Shown here: positions 59,988 to 64,000 of the stretch, one piece after another | Position numbering within the stretch: position 1 is the first letter of the stretch | How the letters are laid out: each line of letters starts with the position of its first letter | Source of the DNA: Mobula hypostoma | Lineage: Eukaryota | Length of the DNA: 64,000 nt | Reading direction: 5' to 3' | Assembly (NCBI RefSeq): GCF_963921235.1 | Contig: NC_086099.1 | Location: 124,310,001-124,374,000, forward strand | Made by a program: the position numbers and the translations under genes | Notes under the pieces: generated by a model | Databases searched by the model: none | What the model saw: the letters and a program-made list of their open reading frames with translations, nothing else | Told to the model about the DNA's origin: nothing

Positions 59988-62199
59988 AAGTGTGAGGTGG
60001 TACACTTTGGAAGGACAAACTCCAAGGCAGAGTACAAAGTAAATGGTAGGATATTTGGTAGTGTGGAGGAGCAGAGGGATCTGGAGATACATGTCCACAG
60101 ATCACTGAAAGTTGCCTCACAGGTAGATAGAGTAATTAAGAAAGCTTATGGGGTGTCGCGAGGTAATGATGCAGCTCTATAAAACTCTGATTAGGCCGCA
60201 CTTGGAGTACTGTGTCCAGTTCTGGTCGCCTCACTATAGGAAGGATGTGGAAGCATTGGAAAGGGTACAGAGGAGATTTACCAGGATGCTGCCTGGTTTA
60301 GAGAGTATGCATTATGATCAGAGATTAAGGGAGCTAGGGCTTTCCTCTTTGGAGAGAAGGAGGATGAGAGGAGACATGATAGAGGTACACAAGATATTAA
60401 GGGGAATAGATAGAGTGTACAGCTCATGCCTCTTCCCCAGGGCACCACTGCTCAATACAAGAGGGCATGGCTTTAAGGTAAGGGGTGGGAAGTTCAAGGG
60501 GGATATTAGAGGAAGGTTTTTTACTAGAGAGTGATTGGTGCATGGAACGCACTGCCTGAGTCAGTGGTGGAGGCAGATTAATGAGTGAAATTTAAGAGGC
60601 TACTAGACAGGTATATGGAGGAATTTAAGGTGGGGGGGGTTATATGGGAGGCAGGGTTTGAGGGTCGGCACAACACTGTGGGCCGAAGGGCCTGTACTGT
60701 GCTGTACTATTCTATGTTCTATATTATCTTGTCTAGGAGTCTTTGTTACATTAAGTTCCGTATGGCCTTTTGATGGCTTTCTCCGTTTGTGTTTCTCCGA
60801 TTTTGCATGATTTGAAAGGTTGCTAGTTCTTGGTACAATAGTGCAGTGGCACAATTTACATTAAACTGCCTCCGATCCATCAGCAGTCTTTTGGACCCAT
60901 ACAAATGTTTCTTCCCATTTGCTATTGTACTTACGATTGCTATCGTAAGAAGCTTTCCATTTCTTTGACGAGATAGCCATGGGTGTTGATAATAAATGAT
61001 TTATAAAAACAGCCGAAGGCGTCACAGTTTCACCACAAAACGTTATTACTTATAGAAAGTACACTTTACGGTCGATTTGTACGATCATAAATCACATCCA
61101 AAACACTTCGGAGGTCCGAGACAGACTGGACGCGGACGTGACCGTGTGGCCGACTTGCCGGCTGGCGCCTCCTTGCCCAGACTCTTGGCGGCAGAAATAT
61201 TGCCAAATGTAACTGACCAAAAAATGCATTCTTCTTAAAGGAAAATGTTTTAGAAAAAGAATGGTATGTAATTTTCGTGCAGATAATTTTAGCGTGTAAA
61301 AAAGCCAGGAAAAAGCTAAATGAATTTTCTGACGCTAACCAAATCGGGAAAAAGCCAGATTTCTGGAATTTGGCGCCGAAAAAGCCAATCTGGTAATCCT
61401 GTAAAAAGACTTGAATTGTTAGTTATCGAAATGGTTGTAAATCGGAACGTGTGGGAACGCCTCTCACAAGATGCCGGAGGAACTCAGCATCTACGGGAAA
61501 GAGTAAACAGTTGAAATTTCGGGCGGACACAAGGGTCTCGGTCTGAAACGCCGAGACATAGATGCTGCCGGGCCCGCTGAGTTCCCCCAGCATTTTGTGA
61601 GTGTTACTTGAATTTCCAGCATCTGCAGATTTTCTCTTGTTTGCGATCCTTTAACTCTAAACGTTTTGTGGACTTTGGGGAAAAATGTAAACATTAACAA
61701 GTAAATCCTTCTTAAAGTTACAGTATATGTATTGTGGCGAGCTTTTGGTCCATAATGACAGACAAGGAAGCTCTTATAACTCAACAACCATTTTATTCTG
61801 ATAAACTCCAAACGGAGCGGGCACTATGACCCGGAGCGTGAACACAAAATACTCTGCAGATGCAGAACCCAACCAGTCTCACCAGACGAGGGTGGTGTCC
61901 AGCACACCTCGGTTATAGTCAGGGTGACCCACAGATAGACAAGTAAATATCCCAAGCTATCATGTAACAATAAATCAACTGGAACTTCCCACCATAATCC
62001 CACAAAAGCATTTTAACACAAGAACAATAAACAGTACAGGTCAGTAGAAATGGAGGGGCGGCTGTCGATAACGCCCCTCCCCAGAGCGACACAGAGTGAG
62101 GGCATGCGTTTAAGATTGTGTAATATTTGATGTATCATTAAACTGTTTGATTTTCTTTAGTGAAAAGCTGTATTTGCTTTGTTAAACAGAAAAGTGCAA

Positions 62200-63290
62200 A
62201 GCCCATGGAAACCACAAAAGTAAAAATAAATTAAATGTTATATAATCAGACAGCACAGAAACAATCTCCTTGGGCCTGCATGTTGACGGGTAGTCTAATC
62301 CCGCTTTCAGACCACATCCTGCCATGGCTTTCCTATCCACATTCCTGACCAAATAATTTTTAAAATATTGTAATGGGATCTGCGTCCACCACCCCCTCTG
62401 GCAGTTCATTCGGACATTTCTTCATCCACTAGGTGAAAAACTTAACCTCTGCTATCTCCTTTAAATCTCTCTTCACTCATTCTAAATCTATGTCCTCTAG
62501 TTCTCAACTCTCCTGCCTTGGGGGGAAAATAAGATTCCTTCTATTTATCTTCTCTCATGATTTATCAACCTCTGTAAGATTACCCCTCTGCCTCCTACAT
62601 TCCTGTGAGAATAAAATATTTTCCAAACAGGGAGCAAATTCAGAAATCAGAGATGCAATGGAACTTGGGACTCCTTGTGCAGGACTCCATAACGGTTAAC
62701 GTGCAGGCTCAGTCAGTAGTAAGAAAGACAAATACAATGTTAGTGTTCATTTCAAGAGGACTAGAATATAAAAACAAGAAATTAATGCTGTGGCTTTATG
62801 AGGCATTGGTCAGACCACATTTTGAGCCCCATATTTAAAAAAGGGTGTGAAGGCATTGGAGAGTGTTGTGGGAGGTTTACGAGAATAATCCCAGGTGTGA
62901 AATGGCTAATGAATGAGGTGTGTTTGAAGGCTCTGGGAGGGAGGATCTAATTGAAGCCTACCGAATATTGAAAGGCCTAGGTAGAATAGAGATGGAGAGG
63001 GTGTTTCCAATTGTGGGAGAGTTTAGGAACAGAAGGCACATCCTCAGAATAGGACGATGTCCATTTAGAACAGGGATGGAATTTCTTCAGCCAGAGGGTG
63101 GTTATCGGTGGAATTCATCGCCACAGATGGCTGTCGAGGCCGGATCATTGGGTATATTCGATGCTTAAGCAGTAAGGGTATCTGAGATTATGAGGAGAAG
63201 GCAGGAGAATGGGATTAAGAGGAAAAGTAATTCAGCCATGATCAAATGACAGTGCTGATGGGCCAAATGGCCTTAATTTGCTATCTCACT
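62200..63290. mobile_element. Decayed CR1 3' fragments in opposite orientations
   Basis: Minus piece 62200-62600; plus piece LYEALVRPHFE...DLIEAYRILKGLGR at 62620-63290. Confidence 0.7.
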
Positions 63291-64000
63291 AAACTCCTGA
63301 GTGCTTTGTTTCCCAAGTCCCCGTCCAGGTCTCCTGTTTATGTTGTTCCTTTGGACCATGTAATGCCTGTATTACTGGCAAAATGATGTTTTAAAATGAA
63401 ATCTTTTCTAAACCAAGATGGAATTCTGAAGTACTAGTTTGGGGAATGTCTACGTATTAATCACCAGCCCATGAGGATAATGAAATAAGTCTTCGAAGAC
63501 TTGGGATTCTTAGTAAAGAGCAAGGAAAATACAGTCCTGGGTTAAAAACTGTAAATTGTTTTCCTATGTACACTAGAGTTTCTCAGCCTCTGTTGTTGTT
63601 TGATTGCTCTTGTAAGCTTGGCATTACACAATTAGTTTGCCCACAGGATTGCTTTAGGCTGTGGACTCATAGCACTAAGAGATGGCAACGAAGAACAATC
63701 TACTCAGCCTCATCCCCTGTAGCCTAGCGAATAATTCCTTCAAATACCAATCCAATTCCTTTCGGAAAAACCAGACTGATCCCACCAGCTTCAGTGCAGC
63801 AGGCTCCTGATTATTAGGGTTCTCTGCTTTACACAGGGGTTCTTGCAACCCATGCTTCTTATCCTTATCGCTTTAAAGTTGTGGGTGATTCTTTAATTAC
63901 GGTAAATTAAATCTATCCTGGCATAGATTGTCAAGAAAAAAAAAGTTTTAAAAGCAGTTTTAAAAGTTATGTACTAGTAACTCTAAACTTTTTTTCCAGT

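Larger units (their letters stand above)
57408..60723 (+). mobile_element. CR1 3' fragment inserted in the hAT transposase, itself split by a Penelope element
   Basis: EDWREANVVPLFKKG...DFSKAFD...[15 protein letters not shown]; TSD TTATCT at 57402-57407 and 60724-60729. Confidence 0.92.
56920..61401 (-). pseudogene. Decayed hAT DNA transposon (transposase pseudogene, 3'-truncated) interrupted by CR1
   Basis: 5' part from ATG 60980: RKYNSKWEETFVW...*CKLC...HAKSEKH (C2H2/TTF-like finger with premature TAA at 60861-60863). 3' part below 57407: IIDESTDITTQKHLCILVRF...FASDGTSNM. Terminus CAGGATTACCAGATT ends at 61401 with subterminal AAAAAGCCA repeats. Left TIR not found. Confidence 0.85.

Overview
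Vertebrate genomic DNA, most likely a cartilaginous fish (inferred from the CR1, Penelope and Rex1/Babar repeat content). Two host genes can be rebuilt exon by exon. APOBEC2 (+) has coding exons at 3373-3485 and 22820-23354, giving 215 aa with HAEE...PCxxC. OARD1/TARG1 (-) has five coding exons from 53992 down to 44413, giving 186 aa with a 33-aa Cys-rich C-terminal extension. The two genes converge, and a CpG-rich promoter lies at about 55.6-56.8 kb, where NFYA would start divergently if mammalian gene order holds; no NFYA coding exon is seen. Most of the rest is transposon: at least three CR1 subfamilies (one copy with an uninterrupted 1010-codon ORF2, one with intact ORF1), Rex1/Babar fragments, Penelope-like elements with hammerhead-ribozyme ends, tRNA-derived SINEs, an 845-bp solo LTR and a decayed hAT transposase holding a CR1 that holds a Penelope element. 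Top leads: (1) a conserved U_UUA_AAC slippery heptamer at the CR1 ORF1 stop, with an ORF2 in the -1 frame that has no conserved AUG before its endonuclease domain; (2) loss of the OARD1 stop; (3) long inverted CR1 copies bracketing APOBEC2 exon 2; (4) fold-back Penelope hammerhead mini-elements. Boundaries of decayed repeats are approximate and were read by eye.
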